From sequence record PV800129.1: 64,000 bases of DNA; one strand, 5' to 3'. The notes under the pieces are model-generated. The model was given only the letters and a program-made list of their open reading frames with translations. It made no database searches and was not told the origin of the DNA. A program made the translations under genes and the position numbers. The DNA is from Pseudomonas phage TIETA. Below, one piece after another: positions 24,205 through 33,403 of this stretch. The first letter of the stretch is position 1. Each line of letters starts with the position of its first letter.

Positions 24205-24375
24205 ATTAGGAGTACATAGTGAAGATCAAATCGCGTGTATGTCCAGCGAAGACTGAGTATCATCGCAAACGAAACAAATGTCCTTGCTGTACGCGGCCCA
24301 ATTACGTAATGGAGTTGAGGCGTCGTCAGGAACTCAAGGAAGCGAGACTTATGGTGTCTCTAGTGTAAAATCAAA

Positions 24376-24451
24376 GCGGGTATAGCTCAGTTGGTAGAGC
24401 GTCTGCCTTCCAAGCAGTTCGTCGTCGGTTCGAGTCCGTCTATCCGCTCCA
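24376..24451 (+). tRNA. tRNA-Gly (anticodon TCC)
   Basis: acceptor gcgggta/tatccgc + T + CCA, D arm gctc-agttggta-gagc, anticodon loop cTTCCaa. Confidence 0.75.
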
Positions 24452-24468
24452 AACAATGCAGAGGTGTC

Positions 24469-24984
24469 ATGAACTACGAGAGACTATACTACAACATCGT
24501 TAGGACCGCCAGAGACAGAAAAACACCCTCTGGATATTTCGAGTCTCACCATGTAGTTCCTAGGTCTCTTGGAGGTTCAGATGACCCGGAGAATCTTGTA
24601 AACGTAACTGCAAGAGAACATTTTATATTGCACTACCTGTTAACGAAGTTCCACAATGGTGCAGATAAAATCAAGATGCTTCATGCGTTCATGCTGATGA
24701 GCGGCGGAAACGACAGACAACACCGATACATCAATGGTAGGCTCTATGAGGCCAAGAAGTCTGATTTTGCAAAAGCTCAGCGTGATAGATTCTCTGGAGT
24801 ACCTAAGACAGAAGAGCATAAACGTAAAATATCCGAATCCCTTAAAGGTCGGACTACTTCAGAAGCTACTAAAAAGAAGCAATCTGAGTCCGCCAGTAAG
24901 AGAAAAAGGAAACAATTCTCTCCTGAGTACAAAGAGGCTATGTCTCTCAGGATGAAGAAGATTAAGAACAAGAAGGGACTGTAG
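24469..24984 (+). CDS. HNH homing endonuclease with C-terminal NUMOD3-like repeats
   Basis: GAGGTG RBS; SGYFESHHVVPRSLGGSDDPENLVNVTAREH is the HNH core; EEHKRKISESLKG and SPEYKEAMS are NUMOD3-like; stop TAG lies inside tRNA-Phe. Confidence 0.75.
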   Translation: MNYERLYYNIVRTARDRKTPSGYFESHHVVPRSLGGSDDPENLVNVTAREHFILHYLLTKFHNGADKIKMLHAFMLMSGGNDRQHRYINGRLYEAKKSDFAKAQRDRFSGVPKTEEHKRKISESLKGRTTSEATKKKQSESASKRKRKQFSPEYKEAMSLRMKKIKNKKGL

Positions 24985-25051
24985 CTCAGAAGGTTAGAGC
25001 GGTGGATTGAAATCCCACAGGTCGGGCGTTCGATTCGCCCCGGTCCTACCA
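24975..25051 (+). tRNA. tRNA-Phe (anticodon GAA); 5' end overlaps HNH gene stop
   Basis: acceptor gggactg/cggtcct + A + CCA, D arm gctc-agaaggtta-gagc, anticodon loop tTGAAat, T arm gggcg-ttcgatt-cgccc. Confidence 0.7.
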
Positions 25052-25057
25052 AACAAT

Positions 25058-25133
25058 GCAGTTATAGATTAAATGGATAAATCGCCAGACTTTCAATCTG
25101 GTGTTCCGGGTTCGATCCCCGGTAACTGCTCCA
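25058..25133 (+). tRNA. tRNA-Glu (anticodon TTC)
   Basis: acceptor gcagtta/taactgc + T + CCA perfect, D stem gatt/aatc, anticodon arm ccaga-cTTTCaa-tctgg, T arm ccggg-ttcgatc-cccgg. Confidence 0.8.
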
Positions 25134-25139
25134 ATCAAG

Positions 25140-25190
25140 TCCAAGCCGGAACATTCCTCCGTATGTGCTTTCAGCCGGCTTGGCATTATT
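25140..25190 (+). terminator. 9-bp hairpin CCAAGCCGG...CCGGCTTGG followed by CATTATT
   Basis: read in sequence; between tRNA-Glu and tRNA-His. Confidence 0.35.
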
Positions 25191-25193
25191 CGT

Positions 25194-25269
25194 GTGGAGA
25201 TTGTGTAGCCCGGATGCTGCCTTTCGGTTGTGACCCGATTGTTGGGGTTCGAGTCCCCGCCTCCAACCA
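25194..25269 (+). tRNA. tRNA-His (anticodon GTG)
   Basis: anticodon arm ttcgg-tTGTGac-ccgat, T arm gggg-ttcgagt-cccc, 3' gcctcca-A-CCA, candidate G-1 at 25194. Confidence 0.6.
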
Positions 25270-25588
25270 ATGTCGTGCAATGGTATATCGCGTTGACGCT
25301 TTTAGGCTCTCTGGATCGTAAGCCAGTAAAGCGAGAATAGCGGGCTCTCGCAGCAGAGCGATAGGTGGTTCGATTCCACAACATGACACTCTTTCCTCCT
25401 CGCCTGTGCTGAACGGTTTCCTCCTCCTTTCCCGTCTCACAGGCTCTATTCCCTGCCCTTTAAGCATTTATGGTGATGCACCGGCTTTGTAACCCGGCGA
25501 ATTCTGTTCAAGTCAGGAATGGGGCACCAATTCACTATCAAAGAACCCGCAAGCTCCCGATAGGGTTCACACTCTATAAGGTTGTAGC

Positions 25589-27109
25589 ATGGAAAACACG
25601 CAGGTTCCTGATAAAAAACTCGGACCAATCGCGCTAGCGCTTAAAGAGGCCAGAGAGAATTTCGATCTCAGCCCTCATGTTATTGGTCCAAAATCTTTCA
25701 AACAGAAAGAGTTCACAGACAGCGATGCAAAGATCACTGTATTCGGTGGTGCTGCTGGTGCTGGTAAGTCTTATCTCGGTGTAATGGACTTCATGAAATA
25801 TATCCATGATCCTAACTTCCGAGGTGTAATGACTCGTCGTACTACTCCTCAGATTAAAGGCCCGGGCGGTCTGCTTGAAAAAGCAACAGACCTATTCAAG
25901 CTCGTTGACCCTAAAGTCAAGTGGAAAGACAAAGACGGCAAGTTTGTGTTCTCTTCTGGTGCAGTTATTTTCCTTCGACACTTCGAACAAGAATCTGACA
26001 AAGACTCCTTCCAAGGTTGGGAGGTTAGTAAGTTCCTAGTCGACGAAGGTCAGCAGTTCACAGAAGGCATGGTGACATACCTTATCTCTCGTATGCGTAA
26101 CCCGAAATGCTCGGTTGTTCCGCACATGAAGATTACATGTAACCCTGATTACAATTCGTTCCTTCGTAAATGGATTGAATGGTGGCTAGACCCTGACACA
26201 GGAATCCCGATCCCTGAGCGCTCCGGCGTAACTCGCTGGTTTGTACGCAAAGGCGGTAAGATGTTCTGGGGAGACACCAAGGAAGAGTGCATTGCCCTTC
26301 ATGGTAATCCCAGTCTAGCGCCTGACGATGAAGATCAGGTGAAGCCTATCAGCTTCAAATTCATCGCGGCTAACTGTTTCGATAACCCAATCTTGATGCT
26401 CAACGACCCTGAGTATGTAGCTAACCTTGAAGCCCTTCCTAGGGTAGAACGTGAAAAGCTCCTAGACGGTAGCTGGCACGCTAGAGAAGAGGGAGCTGGA
26501 TACTTCACAAGGGACTGGTGCCAAATCGTTCCCCACCCGCCTCTACGGGTGCTTAAAAGGGTACGTGCATGGGACATCAGCGGTAGCATCGAATCCGAAA
26601 CCAACAGAAACCCCGACTGGACAGCCGGCGTGCTGATGAGCCGTACAAAAGAAGGCTTGTTCACTGTCGAGGATGTTGTCAGAGAGCGTAGGTTGTTCGG
26701 AGGTGTTTTCGACCTCATTCTAGAAACAGCCAAGCAAGACGGTCAAGACGTTGAAATTCAAATCCCATGTGACCCGGGTGCTGCTGGTAAAGCTTATGCT
26801 GCCCAGCTAATTAGAGACCTAGCGGATCATGGATTCCACGCCAGACCGAAGACAACTAACAAATCGAAAGTTACTCGATTCGCCCCGTTCGTATCTGTAG
26901 CTGAAACTAAATCAGTGCAAGTCGTTGCGGGAGATTGGAACGAAGATTACTTCGATGAACTTGAGCGATTCGACGGAAGTAAGGCTATCAAAGATGACCA
27001 AGTTGACGCTACATCAGATGCATTTAATGCTCTATCCCTTGGCAGCTTGATTATCCCTGATTTCCTACCGCCTGATATGACTCAATCCAACAAATTCAAA
27101 CTAAATTAA
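25589..27109 (+). CDS. terminase large subunit
   Basis: Walker A VFGGAAGAGKSYLG at N-terminus, 506 aa, first gene of morphogenesis module, followed by portal. Confidence 0.85.
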   Translation: MENTQVPDKKLGPIALALKEARENFDLSPHVIGPKSFKQKEFTDSDAKITVFGGAAGAGKSYLGVMDFMKYIHDPNFRGVMTRRTTPQIKGPGGLLEKATDLFKLVDPKVKWKDKDGKFVFSSGAVIFLRHFEQESDKDSFQGWEVSKFLVDEGQQFTEGMVTYLISRMRNPKCSVVPHMKITCNPDYNSFLRKWIEWWLDPDTGIPIPERSGVTRWFVRKGGKMFWGDTKEECIALHGNPSLAPDDEDQVKPISFKFIAANCFDNPILMLNDPEYVANLEALPRVEREKLLDGSWHAREEGAGYFTRDWCQIVPHPPLRVLKRVRAWDISGSIESETNRNPDWTAGVLMSRTKEGLFTVEDVVRERRLFGGVFDLILETAKQDGQDVEIQIPCDPGAAGKAYAAQLIRDLADHGFHARPKTTNKSKVTRFAPFVSVAETKSVQVVAGDWNEDYFDELERFDGSKAIKDDQVDATSDAFNALSLGSLIIPDFLPPDMTQSNKFKLN

Positions 27110-27121
27110 TAGGAGGCGGCG

Positions 27122-28561
27122 ATGGCCGAGACTGAAAAGACAGCACCGGGTATCCCGCGACTTCGCCTAGGCGAGATTGGTAGTACAGGCCTTAAACAAG
27201 TCAATGGTACTATTCTGGAAGAACGCCGACCAGAACTTCGGTTCCCTAGGGCATGCAGAACATTCCAAATGATGGCAGAAGACCCTACCATCAAATCAGC
27301 TCTTGATCTCTTCGAAATGATGATGAGCAGGGTTGACTGGGAAGTTGATCTAGGAGTTGACCCCGACGAGGCTATGAAGGCCCGTGGTAAATTCCTGAAA
27401 GAGTGCATGCATGACATGGAGCACAGTTGGTACTCCTTCATCAAAGAGGTTACTAGCTTCTACACCTACGGATTCTCCGTACATGAAATGGTGTTTAAGC
27501 GACGTGAAGGATACCCTGTATCGAAGTACAATGACAACAAATTCGGTATTAAAAAGTTGCCAATCCGCTCTCAGTCTACTATCACCAAATGGTTGTACTC
27601 TGAAGACGGTAGAAACTTCCTAGGGTGTGAGCAAAGTCTTGCCAATGTTGTCAATGGCGACCGTTACGTCAACCTAGGTAATAAGGATGGAACTGTAGAG
27701 ATTCCAGCTAAGAAGATGCTTCTTTTCCGGGTCGATGCTAAACGTGACAGTCCTGAAGGTAACAGCCCTCTCCGTGCGTGCTATAACGCTTGGAGATATC
27801 GAGTAGAGATTGAAGAGCAAGAGTCCGTTGGCGTAACACGCGATATGAACGGTATGCCTACGCTCTATCTGCCTCCTCGATATATGTCCGAAGATGCTAC
27901 AGAAGCTGAGAGGGCAGTCTACGAATACTACAAGCGAGTAATTCGTAACATTCAAATGAATGAACAATCTGGACTTATCCTTCCTCAAGCGTTTGACCCA
28001 GAAAGCCGACAACCTCTGTTCAAATTCGAACTGACCTCTTCGCAGGGCAGTAAGATGTATGATACAGATGCCATCATTCGTCGCTGGGACAACAAAATTC
28101 TGCAAGCCTTGTTTGCCGATATGCTGAAGATGGGTCAGGACCAAGTTGGCTCTTACTCTCTAGCTGGTGCCAAGACTAACATCATGGCTATGGCGATTGA
28201 ATCGCGGCTCCGCGAAATCAAAGACGTACTAGATAATAAACTCATTCCTACGCTGTTCGCACTGAACGGTGATTATAGTCCAGACTTGCCGAAGCTGCAA
28301 TACGGTGAGCTAGATGAAATCGATCTTGAAGAGTTCTCGAAAGGGATTCAGAGAATCGGTTCTGTCGGTGGTCTTGAACGTGACCGTGAGGTTTACAACA
28401 AGATTCGCAAAGCTCTCAAGATTAAGCCTCGACCAGACGACGAGCCTGTTGATGTGGATAATATCATGGGTGGTCAGTCTCAAGCAGGTAAAGCTGGAGT
28501 AGGTAATGGTGCATCAACATCCGCAGCCGGTAGAGACAACGCCGCTGCAAATAACGCATAA
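27122..28561 (+). CDS. portal protein
   Basis: 479 aa directly after TerL (stop/start 12 nt apart, GGAGG RBS); Gly/Ala-rich C-terminus. Confidence 0.7.
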   Translation: MAETEKTAPGIPRLRLGEIGSTGLKQVNGTILEERRPELRFPRACRTFQMMAEDPTIKSALDLFEMMMSRVDWEVDLGVDPDEAMKARGKFLKECMHDMEHSWYSFIKEVTSFYTYGFSVHEMVFKRREGYPVSKYNDNKFGIKKLPIRSQSTITKWLYSEDGRNFLGCEQSLANVVNGDRYVNLGNKDGTVEIPAKKMLLFRVDAKRDSPEGNSPLRACYNAWRYRVEIEEQESVGVTRDMNGMPTLYLPPRYMSEDATEAERAVYEYYKRVIRNIQMNEQSGLILPQAFDPESRQPLFKFELTSSQGSKMYDTDAIIRRWDNKILQALFADMLKMGQDQVGSYSLAGAKTNIMAMAIESRLREIKDVLDNKLIPTLFALNGDYSPDLPKLQYGELDEIDLEEFSKGIQRIGSVGGLERDREVYNKIRKALKIKPRPDDEPVDVDNIMGGQSQAGKAGVGNGASTSAAGRDNAAANNA

Positions 28562-28570
28562 GGAGACAGA

Positions 28571-29041
28571 ATGCTGACTCTTGAAAGTGTTATTGAAGCT
28601 CTCAGCAATGCTTTCGGGGCTCCCGCCAAGGCGGAAGAAGCCCCGGCTGTAGAGGTCACAAAGTCCCTAGACAATGAAAAGAGGATGGCTTTGTTTGTCG
28701 TTCTTGAGCCCCAAGAAGGCGACTCCACGACTGACCTACACGCAGACACCTACTCCGAAGAGGAAGTAGAGAAAGCTTGCATCAACTTCAATACTCATTG
28801 CAACGTAGCTAATATCTTCCACAAGATTGAAACACAGGAAGCTGAGATTGTCCAGTCCTTCATCGCTCCATCCGCATTCACAACTGATGACGGAAGAGAG
28901 ATCAAGAAAGGTACATGGCTCCAGTGGTGGCACTTCCCTGAAGGCTCTGAAGTAGCCGATGCACTATGGGAAGGCGTTAAATCTGGTGAATTCACAGGCG
29001 TCTCTATCGGTGCCAGAGCTACAGTCGAGGATATCGAATGA
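28571..29041 (+). CDS. head assembly protein between portal and scaffold (function unassigned)
   Basis: 156 aa; acidic; ATGA overlap with scaffold gene. Confidence 0.4.
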   Translation: MLTLESVIEALSNAFGAPAKAEEAPAVEVTKSLDNEKRMALFVVLEPQEGDSTTDLHADTYSEEEVEKACINFNTHCNVANIFHKIETQEAEIVQSFIAPSAFTTDDGREIKKGTWLQWWHFPEGSEVADALWEGVKSGEFTGVSIGARATVEDIE

Positions 29042-29955
29042 CCGTAAAAGCAAAACGTAAACTGACCGATATCAAGTTTGAACACGAAGGTGCTCATGTC
29101 GCTCTGGTCAGTAAGCTCCAAGGTGGTGCAGCCAACGGGCACACTACTCTAATCACAAAAGCTACCAATGGCGTAACTGAAGAGCTTATCGATAAAGCTG
29201 CTGAAGTTACAGTCACAATGCAGTTCCCTGAGTTCCTTCGTAAGTTCTTCGGGATGTATTATGAAGATGCCGAAGTTCTCTCTGTTGCCATGGGATATGG
29301 CAGAACGGAGTATCCAGAACTAGATCACAAAGACTGGATCGACCAGCGGGTCGAGTCTATGTCCATTCTTAAGTCGGTTTATAAATCGGCTGACCTGAAT
29401 CAAGCTCTCTCCGAGCTTACCCCTGAGCAGACCCTTTCCCTTAAACAGGATCAGGAACTGCTTGAAAAGGCTCTGGAGGTAGTCTCCGAGCAATCCAATG
29501 AAAATCCATCCAAGGAGATTACCAACATGGAAACTATCCTGAAATCGGCCCACCTAGAAGCTCTAGCTGACGCTATTGCAGTTGAAAAAGCTGCTGGTGT
29601 CGCTGCTGTTGCAGAAGTTCAGAAGCAACTAGACGCCGCTAATGTAGAGCTTACAGCTCTTCGTGAAATTGTCAAGGCTGCTGAGGCAGAGAAAACCGCT
29701 GCTATCGCTAAAGCCCGTAAAGAGCAACTGGCTGAAGTCCTCCCGGCTGACCAAGTAGAAGATACTTTCAAGTCTCTGGAAGTTCTGGACGATCAAGCTT
29801 TTGCACAAACAGTAGGAACGCTCCGCATTCTTAAAGCTGCTGCTGACCAAAATGACATGCTTGTCGAGAAAGGTGTATCGGGCGCTGGGGAAGAAGACGA
29901 CTCTGTTGTCGCCGGTGTTGCCGCTATCCTGAAAGCTCGCCACGGCTCCAAGTAA
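29038..29955 (+). CDS. scaffolding protein
   Basis: Ala/Glu/Lys-rich coiled coil LEALADAIAVEKAAGVAAVAEVQKQLDAANVELTALREIVKAAEAEKTAAIAKARKEQ; position before capsid gene. Confidence 0.6.
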   Translation: MTVKAKRKLTDIKFEHEGAHVALVSKLQGGAANGHTTLITKATNGVTEELIDKAAEVTVTMQFPEFLRKFFGMYYEDAEVLSVAMGYGRTEYPELDHKDWIDQRVESMSILKSVYKSADLNQALSELTPEQTLSLKQDQELLEKALEVVSEQSNENPSKEITNMETILKSAHLEALADAIAVEKAAGVAAVAEVQKQLDAANVELTALREIVKAAEAEKTAAIAKARKEQLAEVLPADQVEDTFKSLEVLDDQAFAQTVGTLRILKAAADQNDMLVEKGVSGAGEEDDSVVAGVAAILKARHGSK

Positions 29956-29982
29956 TATCTAGCCAATCTAGAGGAATTCCAA

Positions 29983-30393
29983 ATGGCTCAAAACATTATC
30001 GCAAAAGATCATCAGCGTCTTAGCAACTGGCTGAAAGAAGAACAAATGGGCCACCGTGGCCTGTTCTACACTCGCGAAACTCTGCCTGTCGCTGACATTG
30101 ATGTTAAAACAACTGGTTCTGTCCTAGACAGCACTGGCAAGCTGGTAACTAAGGCTACTATCGCCGACGCTACCTACATCCTAATTACCGACCTGCACGA
30201 CTATGCCAACGCTCAGATGAGCCACGCTGTCGTCCTTGCTCGCGGTTTTGCCAAGATCGGCTCCAAGGCTGTTATCTTCGGTGCTGACGTTGACGACGCT
30301 GATAAAGCTACCGTCTTTGAAGCTTTCAAAGCCAAGAACATCTTCGCCGTTGACCAGATCGAAGGCGCATTCGAGAACGTTACCTTCGCGTAA
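29983..30393 (+). CDS. head decoration-like protein
   Basis: 136 aa between scaffold and major capsid genes, the position of lambda D; assignment by synteny only. Confidence 0.4.
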   Translation: MAQNIIAKDHQRLSNWLKEEQMGHRGLFYTRETLPVADIDVKTTGSVLDSTGKLVTKATIADATYILITDLHDYANAQMSHAVVLARGFAKIGSKAVIFGADVDDADKATVFEAFKAKNIFAVDQIEGAFENVTFA

Positions 30394-30436
30394 GCGAGGG
30401 TCGTTCCAGTAAATAAATACTAGGAGTAACTTTAAA

Positions 30437-31471
30437 ATGGCTAACACCCGTTCCTACCTAAACGATGGTCAGTTCTACATTGCCGACCAGACTGAAAACC
30501 TGCTTATCATCCCGAACACTTGGACCCTCGTCGAGAACATGGGCGTCTTCACAAGTGAAGGTGTGACTCAGAACACTGTCCAGTTCGAAGAGATCGAAAC
30601 TCGCTACGGTCTGGTTAAGGATGCCATCCGTGGAACTCGTCACCAAGTTGCTAGCGACCAACGTCGTCAACTGCGTGCCTTCGCGATTCCGCACTTCAAC
30701 CAAGACGACTACATCACTCCAGAAGACATTCAAGGCAAGCGCGCTTTCGGTGCTGACCGCGAAGAAACTCTGAACGAGGTTCGTGCTCGTAAGCTGGAAA
30801 CCATCCGTCGCAACTGGGCTAACACCGCTGAAGTTGCTTCCGTTAGCGCTATCGTAACAGGTAAGAGCTACGCCCCAGCCGGGACCATCGAGTACGACTG
30901 GTACGACCTGATGGGTAAAACTCGTAAGGTTGTCGGCTTCGACCTGACCAACCCTACCGCTGACGTTATGGGCAAGACCGAAGAAATCTTCGTCCATATG
31001 CAAGACAACAGCCAAGACGGTCTGATCCGTGGTGACTTCGTTGCCCTGTGCTCTCCTGAGTTCTTCACTGCCCTGATTAACCATCCGAGCATCAAAGAGT
31101 TCTACAAAGCTTACCAAGCTAGTCCTCAATACTGGCGTGAACGTCTAACCGCTCGCGGTCTGGACCTTCGCTTCCGTGAGTTCTACTTCGGAAACATTCA
31201 CTTCATCGAATACCGTGGCGTTGACCCGTACGGCAACCGTCTGATCCCGGCTGGCGATGCTTACTTCATCCCAACCGACAGCGGTGACCTGTTCGCTCGT
31301 TACTTCGGCCCGGGCAGCACTTTCGATGACCTAGGAACTCTGGGTAAAGAACTGTACGCTACCGAGCGTATGGCTGAAGACCGTCGTTCGATCCTGATCG
31401 AAACCGAGTCCAACTTCATCCACGTTCTGCGTCGTCCACAGATGATCGTTCGCGGCACTGTGAATGCGTAA
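30437..31471 (+). CDS. major capsid protein
   Basis: 344 aa, TAGGAG RBS, followed by strong terminator; position after scaffold and decoration genes. Confidence 0.7.
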   Translation: MANTRSYLNDGQFYIADQTENLLIIPNTWTLVENMGVFTSEGVTQNTVQFEEIETRYGLVKDAIRGTRHQVASDQRRQLRAFAIPHFNQDDYITPEDIQGKRAFGADREETLNEVRARKLETIRRNWANTAEVASVSAIVTGKSYAPAGTIEYDWYDLMGKTRKVVGFDLTNPTADVMGKTEEIFVHMQDNSQDGLIRGDFVALCSPEFFTALINHPSIKEFYKAYQASPQYWRERLTARGLDLRFREFYFGNIHFIEYRGVDPYGNRLIPAGDAYFIPTDSGDLFARYFGPGSTFDDLGTLGKELYATERMAEDRRSILIETESNFIHVLRRPQMIVRGTVNA

Positions 31472-31479
31472 AGACTTCA

Positions 31480-31503
31480 GGGAGGCTTCGGCCTCCCTTT
31501 CGT
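31480..31503 (+). terminator. rho-independent terminator after capsid gene (GGGAGGC-ttcg-GCCTCCC + TTT)
   Basis: read in sequence. Confidence 0.7.
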
Positions 31504-31523
31504 CGTAGGAGGGTACCAAAAAA

Positions 31524-32000
31524 ATGGCTTACACTGGTGATCCAGCAAACAACCCTATCGACCGTCTACGAGAGATTGTAGGGGACGTGTGGGAGCCTCC
31601 GATGCTTTCCGACGAAACCTATCAATGGGTGTTGGACAAGAACGAAGGCAACGAAAGACGAGCCGCACTTGAACTTATGCGTATGATGCTCTTCCGCCTG
31701 ACAAGGGGAATGAGAGAACGCACAGGTGATATCGAAGTATATGGTGCTGAGTATTTCAACAACTACTTGAAAGCTCTTCAGCTCATTCTCAAAGACCCGA
31801 ATATTGCAATTTCTCTGGCCGTGCCATACGCTGGCGGTATCTCCAAATCGGATATGCTGGCTAATGACCTAGACCCCGACAACGTAACACGGGAATTCTA
31901 CATCGGTTTTGCAAGACGGGAGAAGCTTTACAACCAGTGCAACCCCGGTCCTCAAGACCTTAGCATGGGGTGTGATTATCTTGGCAAGCTTCAGTTTTAA
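31524..32000 (+). CDS. head completion / head-tail connector protein
   Basis: 158 aa after capsid gene, AGGAGGG RBS. Confidence 0.45.
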   Translation: MAYTGDPANNPIDRLREIVGDVWEPPMLSDETYQWVLDKNEGNERRAALELMRMMLFRLTRGMRERTGDIEVYGAEYFNNYLKALQLILKDPNIAISLAVPYAGGISKSDMLANDLDPDNVTREFYIGFARREKLYNQCNPGPQDLSMGCDYLGKLQF

Positions 32001-32451
32001 AACAGATCGCCGTCGCCTCACATCCTTGATTAAGAGGGTGGAGGCTCTAGACGGAACAACGGTAGAAGTTGGTTTCTTCCCCGAGGACCGATATGGTTCT
32101 GAAAATGGAAACCTACCAGTTGCACAAGTTGCAGCTTACAACGAATTCGGTACTACTCGCAACCCAACCCGGCCATTCATGGCTCCAACCTTTGAAGAAT
32201 TCACATCTCAATTCCACTACGCAAGACTAATGAAGTCCACGTTCGAGAACGTCCTACGCGATGGAAGGCAGACGAATACTCTTCTGAAGAAATTGGGTAA
32301 AATGGTTGCAGAGCAGATGCAAGTTAACATTGACGACTATCCGGGCTCTAACAGTCCGGCATGGGCAGCTTACAAAGGATTTAACGATCCTCTATTCCAT
32401 ACTGGAAAGATGCTTGAGTCTGTCAAGTTCCAAATCCATCGGAGGCAATAA
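31909..32451 (+). CDS. neck/tail completion protein (start uncertain: TTG in track; overlaps previous gene in +1 frame)
   Basis: ORF in +1 frame relative to 31524..32000 with 92-nt overlap; no in-frame ATG before residue ~90. Confidence 0.4.
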   Translation: MQDGRSFTTSATPVLKTLAWGVIILASFSFKTDRRRLTSLIKRVEALDGTTVEVGFFPEDRYGSENGNLPVAQVAAYNEFGTTRNPTRPFMAPTFEEFTSQFHYARLMKSTFENVLRDGRQTNTLLKKLGKMVAEQMQVNIDDYPGSNSPAWAAYKGFNDPLFHTGKMLESVKFQIHRRQ

Positions 32452-32831
32452 TGCTCTATCCTACCTTCTCCATGACCAACTTTGTCAAGCTAGATTTGAT
32501 TAGAAGAGGGCAGCCCGGAGACGACGGTTTTGGAAGACCTACCCCTCCAGTTGAGACAGTAGTAACAATCACAGCTAACGTTCAACCTATCGAAAAATCG
32601 ACAGACACTCGTATCCTTCCAGAGGCCGACAGAAGCAAGGCTTGCTTCAAGGTGTACTCCAGAGGCGAAGAGATTCGCCAGTTAAAGGAAGGACCGGGAG
32701 GGTGGAGTGCCGATAGATTCATGTGGGAAGGAGAGTTGTATGAAGTTATGAAAGTCATCAACTATTCGATGGGAATCCTAAACCATTACAAAGCAATTTG
32801 TATGAGAGTAGAGAGGAATAGTACAGCATGA
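32451..32831 (+). CDS. head-tail adaptor protein
   Basis: 126 aa, ATGA overlap with neighbours; synteny. Confidence 0.4.
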   Translation: MLYPTFSMTNFVKLDLIRRGQPGDDGFGRPTPPVETVVTITANVQPIEKSTDTRILPEADRSKACFKVYSRGEEIRQLKEGPGGWSADRFMWEGELYEVMKVINYSMGILNHYKAICMRVERNSTA

Positions 32832-33391
32832 TCCATACAGAGCTAGAAAACTCTCTCTATCTTATGATAAAAGAGTTGTTCCCTGATTGGCGTGTAATTC
32901 AAGCTTACACGAATAATCAGGAACCGCAAACCCCTTATCTGGCTATCGACATTAAGAGGCTGGATGAACTGGGAAGGGAAAATGTCTCCAATATGAGCGA
33001 TCCCATTAGTCCTTCGCATGGAACTATTCAAGTTCAACAGGACTTCGCAGCCAAAGTCGTATTCGAACTGATTGGCAAGTATGGAGAGACAGCAAGTGTC
33101 TCTGACATGGCAATGGCGATTACTCGGGCAATGCGTACTCCAGCAGGACACGCCGCCCAAAGAAAGTTTAATCTATCCCTTTTCAAACTCCCTAGCACAA
33201 GACGAGTTCCTATGCTAAGAGAAACAGATATGTACATGTTCTATCAAGTTACATGTGAATTTGGATTCTCTGTGATAGAAACCACAACTCAAGAGTTTGC
33301 TGCTGGGGCTGATATTCACGGCGTTTATTACGACGCTGGTCGCCCGGGTCACATTATTGAGTCCCACATCGACATAAACTTCGAACACTAA
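32828..33391 (+). CDS. tail terminator / neck protein
   Basis: 187 aa immediately upstream of sheath gene. Confidence 0.4.
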   Translation: MIHTELENSLYLMIKELFPDWRVIQAYTNNQEPQTPYLAIDIKRLDELGRENVSNMSDPISPSHGTIQVQQDFAAKVVFELIGKYGETASVSDMAMAITRAMRTPAGHAAQRKFNLSLFKLPSTRRVPMLRETDMYMFYQVTCEFGFSVIETTTQEFAAGADIHGVYYDAGRPGHIIESHIDINFEH

Positions 33392-33403
33392 TAGGAGACA
33401 GGA

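Noticed and set aside
25320-25395. Possible extra tRNA from T-arm-like ggtgg-ttcgatt-ccac at 25364-25380
   Set aside because: No acceptor, D or anticodon arms can be paired within tRNA-sized distance. Probably a remnant.
22162-25628. Track ORFs crossing the tRNA cluster on both strands (e.g. 22427..22714 -, 23297..23509 +, 24023..24205 -, 25046..25384 -, 25186..25467 -)
   Set aside because: Translations contain GFEP/GSNP-type peptides that are just tRNA T-arms (GGTTCGAATCC) read in protein frames. No RBS and not coherent with tRNA genes.
28571-29041. 156-aa gene after portal as prohead protease
   Set aside because: Too small. No catalytic Ser/His motif identifiable. Kept as unassigned head-assembly protein.
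30458-31129. 223-aa antisense ORF inside major capsid gene; similar shadows inside TMP (37832..38134, 38216..38548, 38545..39003), fibres (44852..45172, 45169..45384, 46157..46513, 47710..48958) and DNA polymerase (61482..62627 -, 60231..61109 -)
   Set aside because: Antisense to long, well-supported genes; low-complexity or Arg/Ser-rich translations; no RBS.
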